This document shows, in pieces, positions 45,142-55,117 of a stretch of 64,000 bases of DNA (its first letter is position 1; the number at the start of each line of letters is the position of its first letter). The stretch is from Clostridia bacterium (GTDB taxonomy: Bacteria; Bacillota; Clostridia; UBA1212): the NCBI GenBank assembly GCA_017461545.1, contig JAFTXP010000014.1, positions 121,006 through 185,005 of the forward strand, in the 5' to 3' direction. Both the position numbers and the translations under genes were made by a program. The notes under the pieces were generated by a model, which saw only the letters and a program-made list of their open reading frames with translations, was not told where the DNA came from and searched no databases.

Positions 45142-47301
45142 TTATATCAAAAAAAACTCTGCACAATTCTCCGTATCACTGTCAGCACCTATATAAGCTT
45201 TAAATAATCCTTTTTCAGATGTGAACTCACCGCTTACAGTGTTAAACCGCAGCATTTCCTCAGATATTTCAAACGAAACATCTGATTCTTCACCCGGCAT
45301 AAGCTCAATTCTCTTATATTCGCGTAGTTCTTTAACAGGACGCGCAACGGATGCAAAGACATCAGATATATAAAGCTGAATAAGAGTTTTCCCTTTTCTT
45401 TGACCGACATTTTTTACCTTGACTGTAGCAATCAAAGAATCGTCCGAATTCATTTTATCACTTGAAAGCGCTATATCGGAAATTTCAAATTCATTGTATG
45501 ACAATCCGTAGCCAAATGAGTACAGCGGAGTATTAAGGCAATCAAGATACCTTGTGCGGTAAGGGGTTTCTCCGTTTGGTGTTTCCTGCGGTCTTCCTGT
45601 TTTAAGATAATTATAGAATACCGGACATTGACCGACACTTCTCGGAAAGGACATCGGGAGTCTGCCTTCAAAATCACATTCGCCGAAAAACAGATTTGCA
45701 CATGCGCTTCCGCCCTCCGTACCGGGCTGCCACATTACAGCCATTGCGGATAAATAAGGTTCAATGTCGGTAAGAACAAGAGGTCTGCCGCAGAAAATCG
45801 CTGCAACGTTATTCCTATTTACCGAAGTCACTGCCTTTACAAGTTCAACTTGCGCGTCGGGAATAGAAATTGAAGTTTTTGAAAAAGCCTCGCCGCTTTC
45901 AAATGAGTCTTCTCCTATGCACAAAATCACGGCATCCGCTTTGCGTGCGGCTTCGGCTGCTTCTTCAATGAGATCATACGAATTTTCTGCTTTCTCAGCA
46001 AATCCGGCTTTGCAACCGGCTAAATACAAGACCTCACAGTCCGGAAGAAGTTTTTTCACACCTTCAAAAACAGTCATGGATTCAGCTTCACTACCCATGC
46101 CGAACCATGCACCGTTCATTCCCTTATTGGCGTAAGGCCCGATAACAACAATCTTTTTAATGCTCTTTGAGAATGGAAGTACATCATTATTCTTCAAAAG
46201 TACGGCAGACTTTTCGGCAGCTTTTCTTGCAATAGCACGGTGTTCTTCACAAAGAAATACTGTCTTTTCGTCTTCAATGCTTGCACCCCTTGCAGGATCG
46301 TCAAAGAGTCCGAGTTTTTCCTTTAATTTGAGAACACGAAGTACAGCCTTATCAATGAGTTCTTCGGAGACAGTTCCGTCTGCAACAAGACTTTCCATAC
46401 AGGTGATATATGTATTGGACATCATTTCAATATCATTGCCGGCCTTGACAGCCTTTTCGGCGGCTTCTCTCCCGTCGGCACAGTAACCGTGCTCAATCAT
46501 CTCTCTAAAGGAATTATAATCAGATATAACTATCTTATCAAAACCCCATTCCTCACGGAGAATATCGTTTACAAGCCATTTATTTCCCGCAGACGGAATT
46601 CCGTTCAAAGTATTAAAAGCAGTCATTACAAGTTCGCAACCTGCATCAATTGCTGCCTTATATGCCGGTAAATAATATTCTCTGAGTTTATGTTCACTCA
46701 TATCGACCGAGTTATAATCTCTGCCTGCTTCGGCCGCACCGTACGCAGCAAAATGCTTTACACAGCATGCAATATTATGTTTACTTTCAAAGTTGCCCTG
46801 GTATCCTCTCACCTGTGCGGCAGCCATTTTTGAGTTGAGATATGCATCCTCACCTGTCGACTCCATGCATCTTCCCCATCTTGCATCACGCACGAGATCG
46901 ACCATAGGAGAAAAAGTGACGTGAATTCCGCCTATTGCAGCCTCTTTTGCAGCCATACGCGAGCATTCTTCCACTATATCTTCATCAAATGTCGCACCCA
47001 TTCCGAGAGGAATCGGATACACGGTTTTATACCCGTGAATTATATCAGCCATAAGCAACAACGGAATTTTATGAGGATCTTCGGCCAAGTGTGTGTCTTG
47101 AATTTTGTTTGTTAATTCAGCACCGCACGCACCTAAAACAGTTCCTATCGACGCAACATCCTCAGCTGTCAAATTAAAAGCAGCCGCAGGACCCGTAATC
47201 ATTCCTTCTGCATCTTTTAAAATAAAATCACAAGTGTACTGCGACAACTGTGCAAGTTTTTGCCTGAGTGACATATCGGCAACAATTTTTTTGATGTTCA
47301 T
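45142..47301 (-). CDS. bglX: GH3 beta-glucosidase / beta-xylosidase
   Basis: About 720 aa from MNIKKIVADMSLRQKLAQL (AAAGGGG RBS). GH3 N- and C-terminal domains (GFDKIVISDYNS). Confidence 0.8.
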   Translation of the reverse strand: MNIKKIVADMSLRQKLAQLSQYTCDFILKDAEGMITGPAAAFNLTAEDVASIGTVLGACGAELTNKIQDTHLAEDPHKIPLLLMADIIHGYKTVYPIPLGMGATFDEDIVEECSRMAAKEAAIGGIHVTFSPMVDLVRDARWGRCMESTGEDAYLNSKMAAAQVRGYQGNFESKHNIACCVKHFAAYGAAEAGRDYNSVDMSEHKLREYYLPAYKAAIDAGCELVMTAFNTLNGIPSAGNKWLVNDILREEWGFDKIVISDYNSFREMIEHGYCADGREAAEKAVKAGNDIEMMSNTYITCMESLVADGTVSEELIDKAVLRVLKLKEKLGLFDDPARGASIEDEKTVFLCEEHRAIARKAAEKSAVLLKNNDVLPFSKSIKKIVVIGPYANKGMNGAWFGMGSEAESMTVFEGVKKLLPDCEVLYLAGCKAGFAEKAENSYDLIEEAAEAARKADAVILCIGEDSFESGEAFSKTSISIPDAQVELVKAVTSVNRNNVAAIFCGRPLVLTDIEPYLSAMAVMWQPGTEGGSACANLFFGECDFEGRLPMSFPRSVGQCPVFYNYLKTGRPQETPNGETPYRTRYLDCLNTPLYSFGYGLSYNEFEISDIALSSDKMNSDDSLIATVKVKNVGQRKGKTLIQLYISDVFASVARPVKELREYKRIELMPGEESDVSFEISEEMLRFNTVSGEFTSEKGLFKAYIGADSDTENCAEFFLI

Positions 47302-47338
47302 TTTTGCCCCTTTTTTTTCAACAGTCATCTGATTATTC

Positions 47339-47815
47339 TCAGTCCATTTCAGGAAAATCAAGCTGTCTGATTGCCTCATACAAAATGATTGCAGCAGCAT
47401 TTGATAAATTCAGACATCTGAAATCATTCTTCATCGGAATCCTTATCGATGTGTCAGGATTTGCTTCAATCAAAGAAACAGGAAGCCCTTTTGTCTCTTT
47501 TCCCAAAACAATATAGTCACCGTCATTATATGTAACATCTGTATGCCTTCTGTGAGCTTTCGTTGTGCACATAAAAAATTTCGCACCCGGATTTTCTGAA
47601 ACAGCAGCCTTATAAAAGTCATCATAGCTGTCATAATATTTTATGTTAACCAAATGCCAGTAGTCGAGACCGGCTCTCTTTAGATATCTGTCTTCAACAG
47701 AAAATCCCAAAGGCTTTATCAGGTGAAGATTTGTACCTGTTCCGGCACAGGTTCGGACGATATTTCCTGTATTTTGAGGAATTTCAGGTTCAACCAAAAC
47801 AATATTCATTGCCAT
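47339..47815 (-). CDS. trmL: tRNA (cytidine/uridine-2'-O)-methyltransferase TrmL (SpoU family)
   Basis: 158 aa. MAMNIVLVEPEIPQNTGNIVRTCAGTG. Confidence 0.8.
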   Translation of the reverse strand: MAMNIVLVEPEIPQNTGNIVRTCAGTGTNLHLIKPLGFSVEDRYLKRAGLDYWHLVNIKYYDSYDDFYKAAVSENPGAKFFMCTTKAHRRHTDVTYNDGDYIVLGKETKGLPVSLIEANPDTSIRIPMKNDFRCLNLSNAAAIILYEAIRQLDFPEMD

Positions 47816-47830
47816 ATATATTACACATCC

Positions 47831-48448
47831 TTAAAATACATTTTTAATTTTATCTGCCATAATTCTCAGAGCTTCTCCTCTGTGGCTGATTTTGTTCTTT
47901 TCATCAGATGACAGCTCGGCAACTGTTTTATTAAACTCGGGAATATACATTATAGGATCATATCCAAAGCCGTTTTCTCCTTTTTTTTCAAAAGCAATAC
48001 GACCTTTCATGTATCCGTCGGTATTGAGTTTTTTTCCGTCAGGTAAAATAACGGCGATGCTGCAGACAAAAGCCGCTGTTCTCTTTTCTTCAGGTACATT
48101 TTTTAATTCGGATAACAGCTTGTTTATTCTGTCATCGTCGGTTGCATCTTCGCCTGCATACCTTGCGGAAAACACACCCGGAGCACCGTCCAACGCATCA
48201 ACACTTAAACCGGAGTCATCAGCAAGTACAACTGTATTTTCGTCAATTTCAACGTTATCATACATATACTGAGCTTTTATAAAGGCATTTCCGATAAATG
48301 TACTTTCTGTTTCTTCCGGAAAATCATGGACACCGCACTGCGCGGCGCTTTTCATCTCAACGTCAAAGCCGTACGACGAAAAAATCTCTCCGAACTCTTT
48401 CAGCTTATTTTTATTACCTGTTGCCGCAATTATCTTTATCTTTTTCAA
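47831..48448 (-). CDS. rdgB: Non-canonical purine NTP pyrophosphatase RdgB/HAM1
   Basis: KIIAATGNKNKLKEF... Likely TTG start with AGGTGA RBS, giving about 205 aa. Confidence 0.7.
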   Translation of the reverse strand: MKKIKIIAATGNKNKLKEFGEIFSSYGFDVEMKSAAQCGVHDFPEETESTFIGNAFIKAQYMYDNVEIDENTVVLADDSGLSVDALDGAPGVFSARYAGEDATDDDRINKLLSELKNVPEEKRTAAFVCSIAVILPDGKKLNTDGYMKGRIAFEKKGENGFGYDPIMYIPEFNKTVAELSSDEKNKISHRGEALRIMADKIKNVF

Positions 48449-48468
48449 TTCAATCACCTTATATAAAC

Positions 48469-49266
48469 TTACTCTTTTATAACTTTTCCCATGATGCAGT
48501 TTACGGGAATACAACCGATTTTACGGCTGTCCTTGCTGTTGATGCGGTTATCGCCCATGACAAAAACATAGCCCTCTTCTACAGTCCAGGTTTGTCCCTC
48601 ATATGCAAAATATGCAGTTCCGTCGTCATTTATCGAATAGCCGTCATTTTTCAGAGGCTCATTGTTCAGATACATCACACCGTCTTTTACCGTTATAACA
48701 TCACCCGCAACACCGATTACCCGTTTTATATAAAATTGCTCTTCAGTATTGTAAACAGGTGTTTCAACAAAAAGCCTGGTTATCGCATTATCACGAAGTG
48801 CTTCTTTAACATCAAGAATAAATGTTCTTTCACTTTTTGAAGAATCAAAAACAACAATGTCACCGCTCCGGGGTTCATCAAATAAATACGGCAATCTTGA
48901 AATCAATACATTTTGTCCGCTTTCTAAAGTGGGATTCATTGAAGGACCTATAACATGACTTGTCCTGATTACATATATATTTATTAAAACTGCAATTATG
49001 AAAGCCAAAAAAATGATAACAACAAACGATAATACTTCCTTTAAAATTGCCTTAGCTTTTTTCTTTTTGCGTTTTTTCTTCTTTCCCGGATCCTGCGCCA
49101 AAGAAGTATCATCTATAACAGATACTTCTTCAATTTCTTCTGCTGTTTCCGTGACTTCTGATATTTCTTCTGCGTCATCCGGCTTCTCTTCCGTTAATGC
49201 AGCTGTCTCATTTCCTTCAAAAATATCTGAATTTTCGTCATAATCGTATAAACCCATAATAAACAC
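48469..49266 (-). CDS. lepB: Signal peptidase I
   Basis: VIGPSMNPTL (catalytic Ser box). GDNRINSKDSR box E. Acidic N-terminal cytoplasmic extension. Confidence 0.8.
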   Translation of the reverse strand: MFIMGLYDYDENSDIFEGNETAALTEEKPDDAEEISEVTETAEEIEEVSVIDDTSLAQDPGKKKKRKKKKAKAILKEVLSFVVIIFLAFIIAVLINIYVIRTSHVIGPSMNPTLESGQNVLISRLPYLFDEPRSGDIVVFDSSKSERTFILDVKEALRDNAITRLFVETPVYNTEEQFYIKRVIGVAGDVITVKDGVMYLNNEPLKNDGYSINDDGTAYFAYEGQTWTVEEGYVFVMGDNRINSKDSRKIGCIPVNCIMGKVIKE

Positions 49267-49275
49267 TTCTTTTCC

Positions 49276-49869
49276 TTATCTATATTCTTTAGACGGCATA
49301 CAACCGCAATACTTTTGTCTGTAAAGACCTATATCTTTAGCCTGCTGCTGACCTTTTCTGAAATTAATACTGAAATCATGATAGAAGAATTTTACGCCGT
49401 ACTTTTCTGCTGCACTTTTTCCGGCCTCATATATTTTCATATGATTCTGATACGGACTCACAATAAGAGTCGTTGAAAAAAACTCATATCCGTGTTCTGC
49501 AGCAAATTTTGCTGACATCTCCATACGCAGTTTGTAACACATTTCACAGCGCTTTTCCTGAATATCCGTAAAATTCTCCCAACGCTTCTGATCAAAATCA
49601 CTTAAATAGTCTAAATCAATATTTTTATATTCAGCAGCTTTCTGTGCATTTTCAAGTCTTCTTTCAAATTCTTCATACGGATGAATATTAGGATTTGCAT
49701 ACAATCCTCTGATTTCTATGTTTCCAAATAAATCACGCAAATCATCTATGACTTGCAAGCTGCACGGGCCGCAGCAAATATGGAGCAATATTTTATCCAA
49801 TTTTTCTATTTTATCATTTTCAGGTTTTATCTGCTCAACAGGCATATTCCGCACCGCTTTCGTTTTCAA
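49276..49869 (-). CDS. queH: Epoxyqueuosine reductase QueH (DUF208)
   Basis: LLHICCGPCSL Cys motif characteristic of QueH. 197 aa. Confidence 0.7.
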   Translation of the reverse strand: MKTKAVRNMPVEQIKPENDKIEKLDKILLHICCGPCSLQVIDDLRDLFGNIEIRGLYANPNIHPYEEFERRLENAQKAAEYKNIDLDYLSDFDQKRWENFTDIQEKRCEMCYKLRMEMSAKFAAEHGYEFFSTTLIVSPYQNHMKIYEAGKSAAEKYGVKFFYHDFSINFRKGQQQAKDIGLYRQKYCGCMPSKEYR

Positions 49870-50619
49870 CTAAATCAATCGCATCTTCTTGGCCGTTTCG
49901 GTTCCGAACAATGCTTCAAAATCTTTTCCCCTGAGATATCTCCATGCGCCGGGTTTTAATTCGCCGAGTTCCAATGCTGCAATCTGCACTCTTTTCAAAT
50001 CGATGACAGGATGTCCGATTGCTTCCAACATACGTCTCACCTGGCGATTACGTCCTTCTCTGAGTACAATTTCCACTATCGCATTTTTACCTTTATAACC
50101 GATAACGTCAATATGCGCAGGAAGAGTCATTCCGTCTTCAAGCTCAATACCGCGCTCAATTTCATCAAGTTTATTCTGTGTTGGAACACCTTTTACTACA
50201 GCCTGATATGTTCTCCATATTTCATATGAAGGATGTGTAAGTTTCTGCATAAAATCGCCGTCATTTGTAAGTAATATCAAACCGGACGTATCATAATCAA
50301 GTCTGCCTACAGGAAAAAGTCTTGCGTCAACACCTTTTACCAAGTCTACAACACATGTACGATCTCTGTCATCTTTGGCAGAAGAAAGTACCCCTGCAGG
50401 CTTATTTAGCATAATATAAACCTTTGAACTTTCGGGAGTGACTTTTTTGCCGTCAACAGTAACAGTATCACTTCTGACAACTTTTACAGCAGGATCTGTT
50501 ATAATTTTTCCGTTAATTTTTACTCTGCCCTCTGCGATTATGATTTCAGATGCACGTCTTGACGCGACACCGCAGCTTGCAAGAAATTTTTGGAGCCTTG
50601 TACCTTCCATATATATCAT
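49870..50619 (-). CDS. rluB: Pseudouridine synthase (RsuA/RluB family) with S4 domain
   Basis: S4: RLQKFLASCGVASRRASEIII. Catalytic region PVGRLDYDTSGLILLTNDG. Confidence 0.75.
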   Translation of the reverse strand: MIYMEGTRLQKFLASCGVASRRASEIIIAEGRVKINGKIITDPAVKVVRSDTVTVDGKKVTPESSKVYIMLNKPAGVLSSAKDDRDRTCVVDLVKGVDARLFPVGRLDYDTSGLILLTNDGDFMQKLTHPSYEIWRTYQAVVKGVPTQNKLDEIERGIELEDGMTLPAHIDVIGYKGKNAIVEIVLREGRNRQVRRMLEAIGHPVIDLKRVQIAALELGELKPGAWRYLRGKDFEALFGTETAKKMRLI

Positions 50620-50633
50620 TCTCTTTCTTTAAA

Positions 50634-51941
50634 CTAAATAACCGGACTGCCGAAGCATTCTTCATTTTCAAAACCGGTAATTCTAACATCAACAATCATG
50701 TTTTCCATGCTCTCACCGCAAGGAACTTTTACATATAAAAAGTTTTTAGTATGTCCGCAATTATATTTGCCGTCAAATGTTTCAAATAATACAGAATGAA
50801 TAGTTCCAATCTGTTTTTCGTAAAATTCTTTTTTCGTATACTCTCCTATTTCAAACATTTTCATCGCACGTTTCTTCTTTTCTTCCGGAGATATCTGATT
50901 TAAACTTTTCGCAGCTTTCGTACCCGGTCTTACAGAATACGGAAAAACATGAATTTTTGAAAAACCTATTTTGAGTGCGGTCTCGCATGTTTTATCAAAT
51001 TCCTCCTGTGTCTCTCCTTCAAAACCTACAATAATATCAGTTGTGATGGCAGGATTATTAAATTTTGATTTAATTTTTTCAATCAAATTTTCGTATTCAT
51101 CTACGGTATAATGACGGTTCATTCGCTTTAAAACCGTGTCGCATCCGGACTGCATGGAAACATGAAACTGTGGACAAAACTGCGGAATATCTGACAATTC
51201 ATCAAGCAATTCGTCCGTTATCAAATCCGCTTCGAGCGAACCGAGCCGTATTCTTTCAACACCTGATTCCAAAACAGCTTTTATAGCATCAGAAAGACTG
51301 TTCCCTGAATCAGTACCGTACATACAAAGATTTATTCCCGTCAGTACAATCTCGCGGTGACCCTCTGATACGAGTGTCACAGACTGTTTTTTTATCTCGT
51401 CTATAGGCATAGAACGAATCGGACCTCTTGCATAAGGGATCAGACAATACGCACAAAATCTGTTGCAACCATCTTCAATTTTAAGATTTGCCCGGGTGAG
51501 ACTTTCATAAGACTTCGGAGCCAGAATTTCAAATTTCTCCTTGTCTTTGTAACATAATACTGCATCAACCGGCTTTTTCCCATTTTCATAATATAAGTCT
51601 AAAAGTTCGATAAGACGACCGCGTTCTTTGTTTCCGAAAAGAATATCTGCACCGATTTTTTGTGATTTTTCGTACAAAGCCTGAGGCATGCAACCGCAAA
51701 GTACAAGTGCTCCGCTCGGATTCTCCCTTCTGTACCTGCGAATTATTTTTTCAGCCTTTTTTTCACTCTCTGCTGTCACTATACACGAATTTAAAATAAA
51801 AACATCTGCATTGTATTTTTCTTTTTCCGAAATCGATAAATATTTTCCTGACTCAGTCAGCAATGCAGACATTGCCTCAGACTCATATCGGTTCACCTTA
51901 CAACCCAATGTATATATATAAAATGATCTGATTATATCCAT
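50634..51941 (-). CDS. mtaB: tRNA methylthiotransferase (MtaB/MiaB family)
   Basis: N-terminal MTTase domain YIYTLGCKVNRYESE. Radical SAM CxxxCxxC (CNRFCAYC). TRAM-like C-terminus. Confidence 0.8.
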   Translation of the reverse strand: MDIIRSFYIYTLGCKVNRYESEAMSALLTESGKYLSISEKEKYNADVFILNSCIVTAESEKKAEKIIRRYRRENPSGALVLCGCMPQALYEKSQKIGADILFGNKERGRLIELLDLYYENGKKPVDAVLCYKDKEKFEILAPKSYESLTRANLKIEDGCNRFCAYCLIPYARGPIRSMPIDEIKKQSVTLVSEGHREIVLTGINLCMYGTDSGNSLSDAIKAVLESGVERIRLGSLEADLITDELLDELSDIPQFCPQFHVSMQSGCDTVLKRMNRHYTVDEYENLIEKIKSKFNNPAITTDIIVGFEGETQEEFDKTCETALKIGFSKIHVFPYSVRPGTKAAKSLNQISPEEKKKRAMKMFEIGEYTKKEFYEKQIGTIHSVLFETFDGKYNCGHTKNFLYVKVPCGESMENMIVDVRITGFENEECFGSPVI

Positions 51942-52014
51942 AACAAAACTCTTTTTTATAAATTATATTTGTCTGTAACAACATTTTTTAGTATAACCCA
52001 TCGTCAATTTTGTG

Positions 52015-52048
52015 TAAAGAAAAAAAGGGTTGAAATTAATCAACCCTT
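52015..52048 (-). terminator. Intrinsic terminator downstream of the 112-aa ORF
   Basis: aagggttga/tcaaccctt stem followed by T7 on the minus strand. Confidence 0.5.
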
Positions 52049-52051
52049 ATA

Positions 52052-52390
52052 TTACTTATCTTCGGAATAAAATCTTTTCCCCGGGTAAACCTTGATTATA
52101 TTCCCGTCTGCAACAATATCATTCATTCGGTTTTTAATAAAAATTTTTTTGTCAAGTAGGTCATAAAACAAAAAAACATCCGAATAGAAACACAAACGAA
52201 TCCTTTCATTACACAGAATCGGCAGATATGAAAAATCTATTATATGAATATCTCCTTCCAACTCTAAAACAAAGTCAGAAGAATACAGATTCTTTATATC
52301 AATTTCATAAAAAACATAATCATCGACATTAGTGAGCTTAACCGTGCCGACAATTTTATTTCCGAACAAGTATGCAATTGCTTTCTCCAT
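52052..52390 (-). CDS. Hypothetical protein (112 aa)
   Basis: Open frame with its own terminator. No recognisable motif. Confidence 0.35.
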   Translation of the reverse strand: MEKAIAYLFGNKIVGTVKLTNVDDYVFYEIDIKNLYSSDFVLELEGDIHIIDFSYLPILCNERIRLCFYSDVFLFYDLLDKKIFIKNRMNDIVADGNIIKVYPGKRFYSEDK

Positions 52391-52459
52391 TCTGACGGTC
52401 GCTCCAAAAATATCTTACAATATAATTTATGAAAAAAGTTTACATAAAGCGACCGCAGA

Positions 52460-52492
52460 AAAAAATAAAATCCCGGCTGACGCCGGGATTTA
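52460..52492 (-). terminator. Intrinsic terminator downstream of the small membrane protein gene
   Basis: aaatcccggc-tgac-gccgggattt stem followed by an ATTTTATTTTTTT run on the minus strand. Confidence 0.55.
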
Positions 52493-52503
52493 AATAGTTG
52501 TCA

Positions 52504-52824
52504 TTATTTGACAATAGCAGGAAGCTTATCAAACAGAGGAAGATATTTCTTCTCATCTTTAGCAGCATATACAATTCCGAGGACCATAAGGACAATAGAA
52601 ACTGCATTTATAAGCAAACCAACGAGTGTTCCGACAATAGGAATAATACCGAATATACCCGATACAACACCAAGTGCAACATTTACGATTGTCAACCAAA
52701 TTCCCTGATTAACATGGAATTTTACCGTTTCGTTTTCTTTGTCACAAATCAATCCAACCAACCAAAGTATAAAGATGTAAGATAAGATCGAATATACTTT
52801 AGTGTTATCGCTCTTCTGTTCCAT
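52504..52824 (-). CDS. Small integral membrane protein (two or three TM helices)
   Basis: 106 aa with hydrophobic stretches (ILSYIFILWLVGLI and IPIVGTLVGLLINAVSIVLMVLGIVYA). Confidence 0.45.
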   Translation of the reverse strand: MEQKSDNTKVYSILSYIFILWLVGLICDKENETVKFHVNQGIWLTIVNVALGVVSGIFGIIPIVGTLVGLLINAVSIVLMVLGIVYAAKDEKKYLPLFDKLPAIVK

Positions 52825-52933
52825 AAAAACAACTCCTTAAAATATTTTTATAACAATATAATTATATCAAAAGTATTCAAATATGTAAATAATTCTCAAG
52901 AAAAATAATAGAACTATACCTTGACAATTAAGC

Positions 52934-55099
52934 TCAATTATCACTGCTCTTCAAAAACGAACCCGCTGCAGGAATTTCCTTAATTTTATATACTTTAGGA
53001 TTTGCAAAATCTGCATCTGCAACTTTCTTTATATACTTCATTGTGCAACCCTTTTTCAGCTTGATTACAGACACTCCGTGTGAACTCTTTGTCGATTTTA
53101 TCGGAACAAGAGACACAGGTAATACAACAACTCTGTCATTAGATGAAGATATTGCAATTTCGTCATCAGGCGACATCACATGCACCGCGCCGACAAGCGG
53201 AGATGCACCGCCATATGCATTTATAAGTTTCTTACGGTTTGTCTTTGTCTCATATGCTTTAAGAGGAACTTGTGAAACTTTTCCGTTTTCAAACCCGTAA
53301 AGAATAAAACCTTCGTAATTGTCTGTCACAATGATACTGATTATTTTCTCGTCAGAATCTGTTCCCAGTATATTTGGTAAGTATTCGCCGAAACTGCTCG
53401 CTTTACAATCCGGTATATCATGAATCTTCATTTTATATACAGTTTGTTTAGACGAAACAATTATTATTTCGGATTTGTTATGCCAATCTATCTCCTGCGT
53501 AATTTCATCGCCGTCTTTTACTTTCTGCTCGGGTGATGAACGCAGTGCAGTAAGTGGAATTTTTTTCAGATAACCGTCACGTGTCAAATAGAGCTTTATG
53601 TTGTTATCTTCAATGAATTCATCTTTTGTTACAACTACAACATCATCTTCATGTATAACATCTGTTTTTCTTTCCTGACCGTACTTTTTTGCAATCTCCT
53701 GAAGTTGCTCCTTGATAAGATTATTGATTCCGGACTGACTTGAAAGAATCTTTTTCAACTTTGCAATTTCATTAATCAAAGCATCCTTTTCATCAATTTT
53801 ATTTATAATATATTCTTTATTGATGTTACGAAGTTTAATTTCTGCAATAAACTCCGCTTGGATTTCATCAATATCGAATCCTATCATCAAGTTAGGAATA
53901 ACCATCTCGTTTTTTTCAGTCTCTCGTATAATCTTTATCGCCTTGTCTATGTCAAGAATTATCTTTTCAAGACCACGTAACAAGTGAAGCCTGTCCTCTT
54001 TTATACGTATATCATTTAAAAGCATTCGCCTTACGCATACACGTCTGAAATTAAGCCACTCCGCAATAAGTCCTCTTACGCCGAGAACAACAGGTCTTGC
54101 ATTGATCAGGACGTTAAAATTACAAGAAAAACTTTCTTGCATCGGAGTCATCTTATAAAGCTTGCTCATCAATAAATCCGGATCAACAGACTTTTTGATA
54201 TCAATAGCAATTTTCAAACCTTCCAGATCTGTCTCATCGCGGACATCGGTTATATCCTTAATTTTGCCTTTTTTCACAAGATCAATTATCGCATCAACGA
54301 TTGCTTCGCTTGAAGTTGTGTACGGAATTTCATAAATTTCAATACAGCTGTTTTTCTTATCGTATCTGTATTTGCCGCGTACCTTGAGACTTCCGCGACC
54401 TTTTTCGATAATCTCTGTCATATCTTTATGAGAATATATCACAGTACCTCCTGTTGAAAAGTCGGGAGCAACAATATATTCAAGAAGATCTACCGTGTTA
54501 TCATCAATAAATGCACATGTAGCATCACAGATCTCTTTAAGATTAAAACTGCAGATATTTGTCGCCATACCAACTGCAACACCCATATTAGAGTTAACCA
54601 AAATAGACGGAAATGTAACAGGAAACAAGGTTGGTTCCTTCATTGTACCGTCATAGTTATCGACGAAATCTACAGCATCTTTGTCAAGGTCACAAAAAAG
54701 TTCTTCACTTATTTTTTCAAGCTTTACCTCAGTGTAACGCGCAGCAGCATATGCTGTATCCCTTGAATAAACTTTACCGAAGTTACCCTTGGAATCTACA
54801 TACGGATGAAGTAACGTAGCGTTTCCCCGAGTCATACGTACCATTGTTTCGTATATTGCCTGGTCACCGTGCGGATTCAGTTTCATCGTTTCTCCGACAA
54901 CATTTGCAGATTTTGTACGCGGACCTTTTAAAAGACCTTTCTTATACATTGTATACAAAAGTTTTCTGTGAGAAGGTTTGAATCCGTCAATCTCCGGAAT
55001 TGCCCTGGAAATAATAACACTCATCGAATAAGGCATGTAGTTGTTAAGAAGTGTCTCTGTTATATTCTGTTCATTAAATAATTGTTTCTCATTTTCCAT
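52934..55099 (-). CDS. Type IIA topoisomerase subunit A (GyrA/ParC-like, divergent, short C-terminal domain)
   Basis: 721 aa. FKPSHRKLLYTM...KSANVVGETMKLNPHGDQAIYETMVRMTR. Active-site YAAARYTEVKL. No GyrA-box-like QRRGGKG seen. Confidence 0.75.
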   Translation of the reverse strand: MENEKQLFNEQNITETLLNNYMPYSMSVIISRAIPEIDGFKPSHRKLLYTMYKKGLLKGPRTKSANVVGETMKLNPHGDQAIYETMVRMTRGNATLLHPYVDSKGNFGKVYSRDTAYAAARYTEVKLEKISEELFCDLDKDAVDFVDNYDGTMKEPTLFPVTFPSILVNSNMGVAVGMATNICSFNLKEICDATCAFIDDNTVDLLEYIVAPDFSTGGTVIYSHKDMTEIIEKGRGSLKVRGKYRYDKKNSCIEIYEIPYTTSSEAIVDAIIDLVKKGKIKDITDVRDETDLEGLKIAIDIKKSVDPDLLMSKLYKMTPMQESFSCNFNVLINARPVVLGVRGLIAEWLNFRRVCVRRMLLNDIRIKEDRLHLLRGLEKIILDIDKAIKIIRETEKNEMVIPNLMIGFDIDEIQAEFIAEIKLRNINKEYIINKIDEKDALINEIAKLKKILSSQSGINNLIKEQLQEIAKKYGQERKTDVIHEDDVVVVTKDEFIEDNNIKLYLTRDGYLKKIPLTALRSSPEQKVKDGDEITQEIDWHNKSEIIIVSSKQTVYKMKIHDIPDCKASSFGEYLPNILGTDSDEKIISIIVTDNYEGFILYGFENGKVSQVPLKAYETKTNRKKLINAYGGASPLVGAVHVMSPDDEIAISSSNDRVVVLPVSLVPIKSTKSSHGVSVIKLKKGCTMKYIKKVADADFANPKVYKIKEIPAAGSFLKSSDN

Positions 55100-55117
55100 A
55101 AAAACACCTCATACAAA